Under the pieces are notes generated by a model that saw only the letters and a list, made by a program, of their open reading frames with translations, was not told where the DNA came from and did not search any database. A program made the translations under genes and the position numbers. Source: a virus. Taken from it: a stretch of DNA of 64,000 bases. The DNA lies in IMG/VR virus record IMGVR_UViG_3300034988_000024, one strand, 5' to 3'. The number at the start of each line of letters is the position of its first letter. Within the stretch, counting starts at the first letter, position 1. Below, piece after piece: positions 6,718 through 15,715 of this stretch.

Positions 6718-7617
6718 ATGCAAGAAATTACACTAGAGCTGACAGCTCAGTGTCCTCATGACTGTCAACACTGTTCGTCAAAATCTGGCCCTGAGGAGCT
6801 TAAGCGGATCAGCCCAGAGACAGCCAAGCGGCTGATGGACGAGGCGGTCGCGCATGGCGCCAAGAGGATAAATTTCAGCGGCGGCGAGCCGTTGATGCAT
6901 ACGTTCTTTTGGGAGATAGCCAGCGAGGCAGCGAAGCGAGGATTTGAGATCCACGTTTATACGTCGGGAACCGTCCTGAGGGCTGGGCTGAAAGAGCCTC
7001 TCTCTCAGAGGCAGGCTGCGAAACTCAAGGAGCTTGGCGCTGTCGTGGCCTTCAATGTCCTGTCTGCTGACTACCGTGTTCACGACATGTTGACGAACTC
7101 GAAGGGGAGCTTCTGGCGTGCGGCGCAATCAGTCATTGTCTGTCGCGAGTCAGAGGTTACGGTCGACGTCAACTTTGTTCCCACGAAGTACAACGACAAT
7201 GAGTTGTGGGAGATGATACCCGCTGCAACCAAGGTCGGTGTTCGTCAGATCAATGTCCTTCGACTCGTCTCTCAGGGAAGGGCTATCGTTTCCAAGCTGG
7301 ATATGCCCAAGTGGGACATAGAGGCCTTCGCTCATCGAGCCTTGGCAGGGTATACGACGAAGGTGAACCTCGGGGCGCCCTTCAATCATGCTGTTCCTGT
7401 GAGGCAGCAGAAGAGCTGTTCTGCGATTGAAAAAATCGTTGTAACGCCTGAAGGTATCCTTCTCCCCTGCGAGGTATTCAAGGGGAAGAGGGGCGACTTC
7501 GAGGGTCCGATGACGATTCAAGAAGCGCTGGAGTCGAGACCGTTCAACAGGTTGCGGCTGTGGCACGAAGAAAACCCGAACCGCTGCCCGGTTCATCACG
7601 CGGATGACTGGCCATGA
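6718..7617 (+). CDS. radical SAM protein
   Basis: CxxxCxxC motif CPHDCQHC, SAM-binding-like FSGGEPL; Cys-containing C-terminus (possible auxiliary cluster). Confidence 0.75.
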   Translation: MQEITLELTAQCPHDCQHCSSKSGPEELKRISPETAKRLMDEAVAHGAKRINFSGGEPLMHTFFWEIASEAAKRGFEIHVYTSGTVLRAGLKEPLSQRQAAKLKELGAVVAFNVLSADYRVHDMLTNSKGSFWRAAQSVIVCRESEVTVDVNFVPTKYNDNELWEMIPAATKVGVRQINVLRLVSQGRAIVSKLDMPKWDIEAFAHRALAGYTTKVNLGAPFNHAVPVRQQKSCSAIEKIVVTPEGILLPCEVFKGKRGDFEGPMTIQEALESRPFNRLRLWHEENPNRCPVHHADDWP

Positions 7618-8207
7618 CGATTATTATCGGTGAAGTGACGCCCATCATCGATACGGGAATCCGTAAGGTCTGCAAGAAGCCCTACGCTGGACACCCGAAG
7701 GGGTGTCCGAACTGGAACAAGAAGGGCCGGTTCGATTGTCCTCCGAAAGCTCCTCCGCTTCACCGGGTCATTGACTTGGAAAAAACAGTATTTGCGGTGG
7801 TGAGCGCATTCGATATCGGTTCGCACGTCCTGAGGATGAAAAGTAAGCATCCGGACTGGACGGATCGGCAGCTCCGAAACGTCCTCTACTGGCAGGGGAC
7901 GGCGCGGAAGAAGCTCCGTGGCGGGATCGCTCAGCTCCTGTCAGAGCATTCGGACTTGGTGGTACTGACCTGTCCAGAAGCGTGTGGCCTGATGGTAACG
8001 AAGACTGTCGAGCCGCTTGGCGTGACGATGAGCTGGCCTCCTCTGGAGACAGTGCATCATGTCGCGCTTGCTGGAACGCCGCTGCCAACGCTTCGGGAAC
8101 GCTATCCTGAGTACTGCGAAGCCAAGGCAGTGATCTTCGGACCCGAAGCTGGAAAAGTGGCGACTATAGAGACGCCTCAACCTAAGCAGGGTCTATTATT
8201 TTCTTGA
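7614..8207 (+). CDS. hypothetical Cys-containing protein, translationally coupled (ATGA) to the radical-SAM gene
   Basis: CKKPYAGHPKGCPNWNKKGRFDCPP and CPEAC motifs. Confidence 0.5.
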   Translation: MTIIIGEVTPIIDTGIRKVCKKPYAGHPKGCPNWNKKGRFDCPPKAPPLHRVIDLEKTVFAVVSAFDIGSHVLRMKSKHPDWTDRQLRNVLYWQGTARKKLRGGIAQLLSEHSDLVVLTCPEACGLMVTKTVEPLGVTMSWPPLETVHHVALAGTPLPTLRERYPEYCEAKAVIFGPEAGKVATIETPQPKQGLLFS

Positions 8208-8229
8208 CGGAATCTGGGCGGAGGCGGCG

Positions 8230-8790
8230 ATGTTGGTGATCTTTCTCGACATGGATGGGGTGATGAACTCAGCCCGCTGGTTTGAAGAGTTTGAAAAGAA
8301 GAAAAAGCGGAACATCCGTTCTCCGAGTTCCAGGTGGCCTGACGATAGCATCGACCCTGCTGCTGTGAAGCGGCTGAATTGGATACTCGCTGAGACAGAT
8401 GCCAAGGTGGTGATCTCGTCATCTTGGCGACACGGATACAAGCTGGTGGACTTCCAAGAGATGATGAAGTCTGCTGGGGTCAGGGCTGACATTATCGACT
8501 TTACGCCAACGAAAGGCGGCTACAAGGTTCGTGGACAAGAGATTGATGCCTGGTTGTCAAAGAGAGACGACGTCGAGCGATTTGTTATCCTCGACGACGA
8601 CAACGACATGGAGCCTCACATGGAGCACCTCCTCAAGACGAGCTGGAAGGAGGGTCTTCTCGACTGGCACGTGCGGGTGGCGATACAGGTTTTGCGGGAT
8701 GGGACGTCAGTATCACAGGCAGTGTTTGATGAGCTTGGGAAGCCTGCGGACGACGTCTTTTATCCCGGAGAGATTCGCAAGGAAGGGTAA
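8230..8790 (+). CDS. HAD-superfamily phosphatase-like protein (RNA-repair-type HAD domain)
   Basis: HAD motif I FLDMDGV, downstream ISSSWR and ILDDD motifs; SD GGAGG. Confidence 0.7.
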   Translation: MLVIFLDMDGVMNSARWFEEFEKKKKRNIRSPSSRWPDDSIDPAAVKRLNWILAETDAKVVISSSWRHGYKLVDFQEMMKSAGVRADIIDFTPTKGGYKVRGQEIDAWLSKRDDVERFVILDDDNDMEPHMEHLLKTSWKEGLLDWHVRVAIQVLRDGTSVSQAVFDELGKPADDVFYPGEIRKEG

Positions 8791-8941
8791 ATACCTCAAA
8801 CTGAAGGGCATCGACGGCCGATGGGTCGACGGATGGAGAGTAGAGAGCGTCGGTGTCAGAATGCTATCCTCAGAAGCGTCCGAACGATCACAGGACTACA
8901 AGCACCAGAGGAATGCAAGCGACATTTGAGGGGAGGACGCC

Positions 8942-9472
8942 ATGACTGAAAAAGTGCTCGTTTTGGACCAGGGGTATCAACCCCATCGCATCGTGAGCTG
9001 GCAACGCGCCATCGTGATGATTTTTCGCCAGGTCGCAGAGGTCGTCGAAGAGTACGACGAGGACATTGCTTCGGCGACGTTCGTCATGAAGATGCCGGCT
9101 GTAGTGCGTTTGCTCAAGCGAATCACCAGGCGTCGCGCGGTGAAATTCAGCCGCATGAACGTGCTGCTCCGTGACGGGTGGAAGTGTCAGTATTGCGGTG
9201 AAAAGAAAAAGACCAAGCAGCTCAACTACGACCACGTTGTTCCGAAGTCGCAGGGCGGAAGAACCACCTGGGAGAACATCGTTACGAGCTGCTACGACTG
9301 CAACCACAAGAAGGCTGGCAGGACTCCGGAACAAGCGAGGATGCAGCTCCTCAAGAAGCCGGTTAAGCCGAAGAGCCTCCCGCTCGTGGCCTTCCACGTC
9401 GACGAGGCAGACTCGATTCCTGAAGCGTGGGCCAACTGGCTGTACTGGCATGGCAAGCTGGTCGAGGACTGA
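8942..9472 (+). CDS. HNH endonuclease
   Basis: CQYCG...LNYDHVVPKSQGG...WENIVTSCYDCNHKK (HNH with zinc-binding Cys pairs). Confidence 0.8.
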   Translation: MTEKVLVLDQGYQPHRIVSWQRAIVMIFRQVAEVVEEYDEDIASATFVMKMPAVVRLLKRITRRRAVKFSRMNVLLRDGWKCQYCGEKKKTKQLNYDHVVPKSQGGRTTWENIVTSCYDCNHKKAGRTPEQARMQLLKKPVKPKSLPLVAFHVDEADSIPEAWANWLYWHGKLVED

Positions 9473-9687
9473 TGAGTCACAGCGGTCACAACTACAACCG
9501 TCGTCGCCTCTATAGCTGGTCTCGCAACCTGAAGCTAAAGGGTCTCCGGGGCTCTGGTCCCGGGGGCGCCTGCTCTATCACAGACCGAAAAGTCATCAAG
9601 CGAACCACGTCGAAGTTCCATCGACGAGAGCACAGGATTTATATCGAAGAGGGCCTCGAAGACCTGGAAGCTGAAAGAACAGCATGA
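9472..9687 (+). CDS. small basic hypothetical protein; ATGA overlap with the HNH stop
   Basis: Arg/Lys-rich 71-aa ORF. Confidence 0.3.
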   Translation: MSHSGHNYNRRRLYSWSRNLKLKGLRGSGPGGACSITDRKVIKRTTSKFHRREHRIYIEEGLEDLEAERTA

Positions 9688-9712
9688 TATTCTTGGTCTG
9701 CTAGGAGGCCCG

Positions 9713-10189
9713 ATGTACGAATATGCCGGCAATCAACAGCTCGAAAATCTGCTCGCTCAGCGGATTGCGTGGCTGAGGGCGCTCCACATGTGGTTCCACG
9801 CAGCTCACCATGTCGTCCGGGGAACGTCTTTTTCCGGTGACCATGCGAAGCTCTACGACAAGATTTACACGTCGATTCAGGACGAGGTGGATGGGGCTGT
9901 CGAGAAGGGCATTGGCCTGACTGGAAATATGGAGCTTGCGAACCCCCAGTCGGTCGCTGCCGCAGCCTTGAAAATTCTCAAGGGAGGCCCCTCTCCCTCA
10001 GAGATGGACCCACAACAGCTCGCAGAAGCTGGAATGGCCCTGGAGCAGGCATATCTCTCATTCATCTCCGATATGTTCGAGGAGCTGGAAGAACAAGGCA
10101 TGCTCAGCCTCGGGCTCAACGATCAACTCGCCGCCTCGGCAAATACTCACGAGACCTTCGTATACCTTTTGGGCCAGCGAGCGCGGTAA
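9713..10189 (+). CDS. hypothetical protein (158 aa)
   Basis: SD AGGAGG upstream; first gene of a coupled four-gene run. Confidence 0.55.
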   Translation: MYEYAGNQQLENLLAQRIAWLRALHMWFHAAHHVVRGTSFSGDHAKLYDKIYTSIQDEVDGAVEKGIGLTGNMELANPQSVAAAALKILKGGPSPSEMDPQQLAEAGMALEQAYLSFISDMFEELEEQGMLSLGLNDQLAASANTHETFVYLLGQRAR

Positions 10190-10368
10190 TGGCCCGCTCC
10201 CGCTGCCATCGTCGACACCTCACTGAGCGGGCGAAGGCCCGCACACAACGCAAACTCAAAAGTCTCTGGTGGCTCTACGCTTCTGAGCCCACCCGCATGC
10301 GGAACATCCGGAGCCGAAAACCGGTGCCCCGCCGCATCAACAAGCGCACCTATCGGGAACGGTACTGA
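10189..10368 (+). CDS. very basic 59-aa peptide (MARSRCHRRHLTERAKARTQRK...), TAATG overlap with the upstream stop
   Basis: Not in the ORF track (under 60 aa); frame bridges two coupled genes. Confidence 0.35.
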   Translation: MARSRCHRRHLTERAKARTQRKLKSLWWLYASEPTRMRNIRSRKPVPRRINKRTYRERY

Positions 10369-10589
10369 TGCTCTGGTTGCCGAATCATCAACGCACAGAC
10401 CCAATACTGACTGCCTACTTCAGCGGCCTTCGCCGCGACTGCGAGACGGGAGAGTGGCAAGACATCGACGTTTCCTGCCCTGGCCTCGCTGAACCCTTCC
10501 GATCGAGCGCCAAGGCGATCCAGCAACGCGAGGTCGAGGAGGGTGCTCTTCTCTTTGGTCCTGACGGCAGTCCTATCGTCATGAGATGA
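10368..10589 (+). CDS. hypothetical protein (73 aa)
   Basis: TGATG coupling upstream, ATGA coupling downstream. Confidence 0.45.
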   Translation: MLWLPNHQRTDPILTAYFSGLRRDCETGEWQDIDVSCPGLAEPFRSSAKAIQQREVEEGALLFGPDGSPIVMR

Positions 10590-11071
10590 AGAAGAATAAA
10601 GCTAAGAAAAAGAAGGGCCGCAAGCGCAAGAGCAAGATCTCCGAAGCGGCGGCGCAGAAGGCCCGGAAGCGCCATTGGGATCATGGGACGCAACACATTC
10701 CCATCCATCCTGACGACCTCGAACCCAATGAGCCCCTGAGCTTTCAGCACAGTTGCAAGCCTCATACTCGGTGGCGCTGCCAGGAGTGCAGGTACGGGTT
10801 TGATGAGGAGCAAGGTATCTGGTGGGGGCCACCGAACTCGAAGACGAACTGTCCTCGGTGCCGCTCTACGCGCATTCAGCAGCAGGACGCCAAGTACCGC
10901 TGCCTCAACTGCGATGAGGAATTCTGGGACTTCCCCACGCCGACGAGCTGCCCGAACAAGCGCTGTCCTCGGATTGAAGGTAAAAAACATCCTGGAGATG
11001 AAAATGACCGCGGGACCTACGTGGTGTGGATCGACTATGAAGAGTGGGCTCGGCTACACGGGTTCACATAG
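10586..11071 (+). CDS. zinc-ribbon protein with Lys-rich N-terminus
   Basis: Several CxxC pairs (CQEC, CPRC, CLNC, CPNKRC). Confidence 0.55.
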   Translation: MKKNKAKKKKGRKRKSKISEAAAQKARKRHWDHGTQHIPIHPDDLEPNEPLSFQHSCKPHTRWRCQECRYGFDEEQGIWWGPPNSKTNCPRCRSTRIQQQDAKYRCLNCDEEFWDFPTPTSCPNKRCPRIEGKKHPGDENDRGTYVVWIDYEEWARLHGFT

Positions 11072-11899
11072 ATCGACTGTTGCAACGATTTCTTCGGTAG
11101 GTTTTGCTGTCATCGATTCGACGATGTCTGCGTCGAGCAGGCGCAGCGACCAGTGGGTCGGGACGTATTCGTCTTCGATGTCATAGTCCATGGTGATGCC
11201 GTCCAGCTCCTCGACGTCGCAGCCCAGTAGATCCTCTGCGGCCCATGTGCCTCCGGCGAATACGTCGACGTAGACGATGGAATCGTAGCCTTGGGACAAA
11301 GCAGCCCGCTGGACAGCCGGCGCGTCGACGAATATATAGGTGTCTGCTACCAGGTGCGCGGCTGTTTCGATCGTCGGCTCTTCATGCCACTCTTCTCGGG
11401 CTACCCATGAAATGAGTGTATCTGGAATCGAAAGGCTGAACGGTACGACGTCGTCGTCAATTTCTTCATAGTCTTCGTCAAGAACCTTGAACAAAAACTC
11501 GCCGCCCTTGGCCTTTCCAATGAGACGGTTGTGTAGGTAGTTGTAGATCTTGGTAACCTCTCCCTCGGAAATCCCGCCGACGTAGTCGTAGCGCAGCATC
11601 TTCAGGATATTCGAGAGCGAGTTGTAGCACCCTTCGCCGAGAATGAGCGGGTTGCGCAAACGGAGCTGCGCTGTGTGCACTGTTGAGGTCGGCAAGAACG
11701 CTGTTCTTGTTCGAGACCAAACGTCCCCAGGACGTGCGGACCATATGACAGCTACCGGGAGCGACGGCGTGAAGGAAAGACCTTTGCGAGCGCCTTTAAT
11801 GTCGCGGCGCTGTGTGCCGCGGTAGACGGTGTTCAGATTGATTCCGAGTTCGAGATCAAGGCGCATTGGTTTCGATGCATATGATAGCATAATCCTCAT
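11054..11899 (-). CDS. hypothetical protein
   Basis: ORF 11054-11911 begins with GTG; first ATG at 11899. Confidence 0.5.
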   Translation of the reverse strand: MRIMLSYASKPMRLDLELGINLNTVYRGTQRRDIKGARKGLSFTPSLPVAVIWSARPGDVWSRTRTAFLPTSTVHTAQLRLRNPLILGEGCYNSLSNILKMLRYDYVGGISEGEVTKIYNYLHNRLIGKAKGGEFLFKVLDEDYEEIDDDVVPFSLSIPDTLISWVAREEWHEEPTIETAAHLVADTYIFVDAPAVQRAALSQGYDSIVYVDVFAGGTWAAEDLLGCDVEELDGITMDYDIEDEYVPTHWSLRLLDADIVESMTAKPTEEIVATVDLCEPV

Positions 11900-11999
11900 G
11901 ACGGACGACACTAACGAGGAGGAGCGTCAAAGAGAGGCGGTCCTTAGATCGATCGTCTCGTATCCTGACGACGATCCCCTTGCCGAGCTGTCGTTTTGA

Positions 12000-13397
12000 T
12001 TACTTGAGATAGTCGTCTGGGCTCCAGTCGGAGCCGACAGTGGGGAGCCCGAGAGCCTGCTTGAAAACGCGAATGCAGTCGTTGGCGGTCATGTCTTTGT
12101 TGATGAGCCTGGCCTCTGTGACCTTGACCGCGGCGTCGCCGAGCCTCCTGTAGACCTCGCCGTCGGCGACCTCGTTCTCGTCGATGTAATCGGAGAGATA
12201 CTTCTTACTCTCCTCCCGAATGGCTTTGCGCCACTCTTCTGGGAGCGATGGGTCGATCTGCGAGCCGATCTCCATCAGTCCATCGTCGTCTGGGGTGACG
12301 ACCTCGACGAGTGTCTCGGCGAGAGCTTCGCGCACCTTCTCGACGGGCAGAGCGGAGCCGGTCGTGGATATGAGCTTCTTTGTGAGCTTCTCCGCGAACT
12401 CGTCGAGCATCCTGTCGGCTGGCTGCAGCCACCAAGCATCGTCCCATTCGCCGTCTGGCATCTTCATTCGGAAGACTTCTTTGTCTTCGTCGAAGTAGAG
12501 TGTTCCAGGTGCTGCATTCTCCGGTTGCTGACCGAGGTTGAGCTTGACGAGGTCCATTTCGCTGAGAGGGTTTTCTTTCTCGTGCTCCAGGTCGATTTCG
12601 GTGTACTCGGCGTTGTAGTCGTCAAATCCGTGCTTCTCTTTGAGCTGCTGGCGAATGAGCCTGCTCGCCTCTTCGTGGGAGAGCCCCCACCGCATTCCGG
12701 GTGGGTTCTCGTACTCAGCGCGACGAATGCGCTCCTCGTGCTCAGCGATTTCTTTGAGAGCCTCTTCCAGCTCTTCAGGCGAGAGGTCGTTCTCATAGAC
12801 GTAGGAGGAGTGACGGCCGTTTAGCTCGACGCGAACCTCTGCGTACTCCCTCCGGCGACCATGTTCGATGTCGCAGAACTGGTCGGCGATGTTGGAAGGG
12901 ACCTCCAGCATTGCGTGGATGCCCTGTCGTGGTGGAACCGCGATGGCTCTTCGGAGCATGAGCTTGCCCTTGAGTCCTTCGGGCTTCCCGTCTTCTGGCA
13001 GAAGAGTTTCGAGGGTCGCAGGGTCGGCCATGTACATCGCCGGCAAAACAGCGCAGGGCTTGTCGCCGACGCTGAGTGTTACAATGCCCCCTCGGATGAA
13101 GTCAGCGAGGAGCTTGTTGTCGGTGAACCGGGCGCTGATGGTCAGCTCTTTGATCTGCATCGTCGAGTCGCTGGGAAACATCCCAGGACAGGGCATGTTC
13201 GTGCGGGTCTCGTCTTCCTGGTCGGTCATGAAGAGCATGATCCGATTGTCACGCTGCCTGAAAGTGGTCTGTTTGGAGACATTCGGAGCTGCGAGTGGTG
13301 CCGTTGACTTGGTCCGAGAATCTGCGATCCAGGCATGGAAGAAAGAGCGGTCCTCGCGTCGCGTGAATGTTCGTCCTGGTCCTACGAGCTTGGGCAT
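12000..13397 (-). CDS. hypothetical protein (465 aa), paralog of the upstream gene in its N-terminal region
   Basis: Shared blocks WIADSR, LFMTD..RTNM, AIAVPPRQ with the 13407-14135 product; SD AGGAG. Confidence 0.6.
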   Translation of the reverse strand: MPKLVGPGRTFTRREDRSFFHAWIADSRTKSTAPLAAPNVSKQTTFRQRDNRIMLFMTDQEDETRTNMPCPGMFPSDSTMQIKELTISARFTDNKLLADFIRGGIVTLSVGDKPCAVLPAMYMADPATLETLLPEDGKPEGLKGKLMLRRAIAVPPRQGIHAMLEVPSNIADQFCDIEHGRRREYAEVRVELNGRHSSYVYENDLSPEELEEALKEIAEHEERIRRAEYENPPGMRWGLSHEEASRLIRQQLKEKHGFDDYNAEYTEIDLEHEKENPLSEMDLVKLNLGQQPENAAPGTLYFDEDKEVFRMKMPDGEWDDAWWLQPADRMLDEFAEKLTKKLISTTGSALPVEKVREALAETLVEVVTPDDDGLMEIGSQIDPSLPEEWRKAIREESKKYLSDYIDENEVADGEVYRRLGDAAVKVTEARLINKDMTANDCIRVFKQALGLPTVGSDWSPDDYLK

Positions 13398-13406
13398 GAC
13401 GTTCTC

Positions 13407-14135
13407 CTACTGGACCTCTCGGGTCATTGTGGCGTCGAGGAGTCCTGTGACCTCGGCGTAGCTGCTTTTGTCAGACGAGTTTTGCTCGATGCGGTTCATG
13501 GCACCGGTAAACTCCTCGTCGGACCTGATGAGCATGTGGAAGGTCTGACGGGGAGGGATGGCGATCGGGGAGCGTTTCTTCTCTGCAGAAACGACTCTGT
13601 CCGTTCCATCGTTGGCGAAGCCGCCATGGCGCTCGGGCTCAAAGAGCGTGATTCCGTGTCGGTAGACGGGGTATGGAACGCCGTCTCTGTCGGTCTCTAT
13701 TCCGGCTTCGGGATTGATCTTTTTTGCGTCGAAGCTTGCCGGAACATTGCTCATGAGTCGATCGCCGTCTTCGCCAATGACGAAGTGCAAGCTCACACCC
13801 TCGAAGAATTTGTTGTAGTTTGCCGGGTCGGTGAAGGAAGCGTGGAAGCCTACGCGCGAGATCATGCACGTCCTGTCGGCAACGAGCTGACCGCTCAGGC
13901 ACATGTTGGTCCTGAACTTGTCTCCCATGTCGGTCATGAATAGCTTGAGGCTCGGGCGAAACGTTGTTTGTTCAGAAATTCCGACTCCGTCTGGCCTTCT
14001 GTCAGCGATCCAGCCGCTGTAAAGGAGGTAGCCCAGACGCTCAATGACTCCGACGATTCGTGGCAATGCTTCCTCCTGGGGATGGAGAGGAGAATAACAC
14101 GTGCAACATCCTGAGGACAACTGAAAATATTGCAT
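13407..14135 (-). CDS. hypothetical protein (about 243 aa; start trimmed to MQYF), paralog of 12000-13397
   Basis: Paralog alignment sets the start; the longer ORF would overlap the divergent gene. Confidence 0.55.
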   Translation of the reverse strand: MQYFQLSSGCCTCYSPLHPQEEALPRIVGVIERLGYLLYSGWIADRRPDGVGISEQTTFRPSLKLFMTDMGDKFRTNMCLSGQLVADRTCMISRVGFHASFTDPANYNKFFEGVSLHFVIGEDGDRLMSNVPASFDAKKINPEAGIETDRDGVPYPVYRHGITLFEPERHGGFANDGTDRVVSAEKKRSPIAIPPRQTFHMLIRSDEEFTGAMNRIEQNSSDKSSYAEVTGLLDATMTREVQ

Positions 14136-14159
14136 GTGTTTGGTCGTCCGTTGTGGTAG

Positions 14160-14175
14160 GGTTGCATGTGTTATG
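14160..14175 (+). promoter_or_regulatory. motif variant GGTTGCATGTGTTATG overlapping the ATPase start; nearby CCTGAGGAC...AAAATATTGCA element shared with the 16800 region
   Basis: Divergent intergenic region between the paralog pair (-) and the ATPase/ParB pair (+). Confidence 0.45.
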
Positions 14176-14982
14176 TCTGTTGGTGCGCGCAAAGACAAAG
14201 TGAAAGCGATCACCGTTACGATCCCGGAGAGGGTGTACGGTGGAAAGGTGGCTGAAGGCGAGAAGGGGGTGGAAAACCCTATCAAACGGCTAAACTTCTT
14301 CAAGCGTAAGAAAAGGTTCAAAATCGAACCGGCAACGGTGATCACCGGGAACAACGGCATCGGAAAGACGACGCTCATCAATGCGCTCTGTGCAGGGCTC
14401 GGTCTCGACGACGAGTACTTTTCTCGTGAGTCGACAAGAAGCTCGTCTCATGGACATTTCGGAGTCGATCAGGCAGTGAGGACATTCGGACTACTGACTC
14501 TGCCTGAAGAATATGACAGTGTTTATCGGTTCGCCGGAGACGCGTCGCGAAGACGGGCACTCGCTCTCGATACGATGGAGGATCTGGCGATCACGATGGC
14601 GAAGGGGAGCCATGGCGAGATCAATTTGCACAAGTTCCACAGCATGGTGCTCAAACCGTCTCAGAAAGACCTGCTCGCGAACAAGTCGGTCGTCGTCGCA
14701 CTCGATGAGCCTGAGGCTGGTCTGAGCTTGGAAAACGTCTTCCGTTTCATGGGGCTGATCAAGAATGCTTGCGAAACGGCGTGTCAGCTTTCGCTGGTAG
14801 GTCATCGTCTTCTATTCATCGTCTCGACTCAGCACCCGCTCATCTGGCGTGCAGCGCTTGACGGGGCGGCGCTGTGGCTGGACCTTGGTGGATGGGAGAA
14901 AGAAAACCCCTTCAGCATGTTCGATGACCTCATCGGTTCCGAAGATGGCAAAGAAAGAATCAGACTCTATCACCTCACATGA
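14173..14982 (+). CDS. ABC-type/AAA_21-like ATPase
   Basis: Walker A GNNGIGKTT; Walker B/D-loop VVVALDEPEAGLS. Confidence 0.65.
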   Translation: MSVGARKDKVKAITVTIPERVYGGKVAEGEKGVENPIKRLNFFKRKKRFKIEPATVITGNNGIGKTTLINALCAGLGLDDEYFSRESTRSSSHGHFGVDQAVRTFGLLTLPEEYDSVYRFAGDASRRRALALDTMEDLAITMAKGSHGEINLHKFHSMVLKPSQKDLLANKSVVVALDEPEAGLSLENVFRFMGLIKNACETACQLSLVGHRLLFIVSTQHPLIWRAALDGAALWLDLGGWEKENPFSMFDDLIGSEDGKERIRLYHLT

Positions 14983-15409
14983 GGATTATGTAGACCACCT
15001 CCTGGTCGAGCGTCTCTGGGCAATGCTGGGGCCGGATTACGATCCCTGGGGTGTAGGGTTCAGGCTGGAGATGCTCGATGAGGTCAGAGGCGAGAACGAG
15101 GCGCCCTACATTGGCTGGGGTGAGGGGCCATGGAATGCTCGCCTTCACGCTGAGCGCATTCGTTACATCGCCGAGACGCCGTCCATCATGGAAGACCCCA
15201 TCGAGGTGGACAACAGGTGCGGGAACCAGAGCTTCTGCCCAGGCCCCGTCCTCGCGATCTATCCAGAGCCGATCATCACCGACGGAAACCACCGGTTCCT
15301 CGCCCATGTGTGGAAGAAGCTGAAGACGATCCCGGCGAGCTACGGAGGCCGGGTGGACTTGCTCGAATACCTGACGGGTGAATCCGAAGAGATGCCGGTC
15401 GACGACTAG
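14945..15409 (+). CDS. ParB-like nuclease domain protein
   Basis: ParB/Srx motif ITDGNHRFLAH; overlaps the ATPase gene by 38 nt (coupled). Confidence 0.6.
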   Translation: MAKKESDSITSHEDYVDHLLVERLWAMLGPDYDPWGVGFRLEMLDEVRGENEAPYIGWGEGPWNARLHAERIRYIAETPSIMEDPIEVDNRCGNQSFCPGPVLAIYPEPIITDGNHRFLAHVWKKLKTIPASYGGRVDLLEYLTGESEEMPVDD

Positions 15410-15714
15410 CCAGCCTGAACGTGGACGCGGTACGTCTGATTCATCTCCCTGACTTCAACGCTGGAGACGACGGGGTCAAACACCTCCATCGTCTCCTCTT
15501 TCATGCCGACGAGCTTGAGCTTTCCCTTGACGCCGCGGTCTTGGTTGTGGACAACGTACTCGATCTGTTCGAGTGAAGGAGCCGGGTCGACGTAGAAAAT
15601 GGCGCCTTGGGCAATGAGACCGCCGTTGGGCTGAAAGCTATCCTCGATGGCCTTGCGGAAGGATTCTGTTTGTGGTCTCGGGAAGACCAGGACAAGTTTT
15701 GTATCTGCGAACAT
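15406..15714 (-). CDS. hypothetical protein (102 aa)
   Basis: ORF ends just before the tRNA. Confidence 0.45.
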   Translation of the reverse strand: MFADTKLVLVFPRPQTESFRKAIEDSFQPNGGLIAQGAIFYVDPAPSLEQIEYVVHNQDRGVKGKLKLVGMKEETMEVFDPVVSSVEVREMNQTYRVHVQAG

Positions 15715-15715
15715 G

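Noticed and set aside
10189-10368. 59-aa basic peptide that looked ribosomal-protein-like (S21/L34-like composition)
   Set aside because: No real motif match to bS21 or bL34 consensus; kept only as a low-confidence hypothetical CDS.
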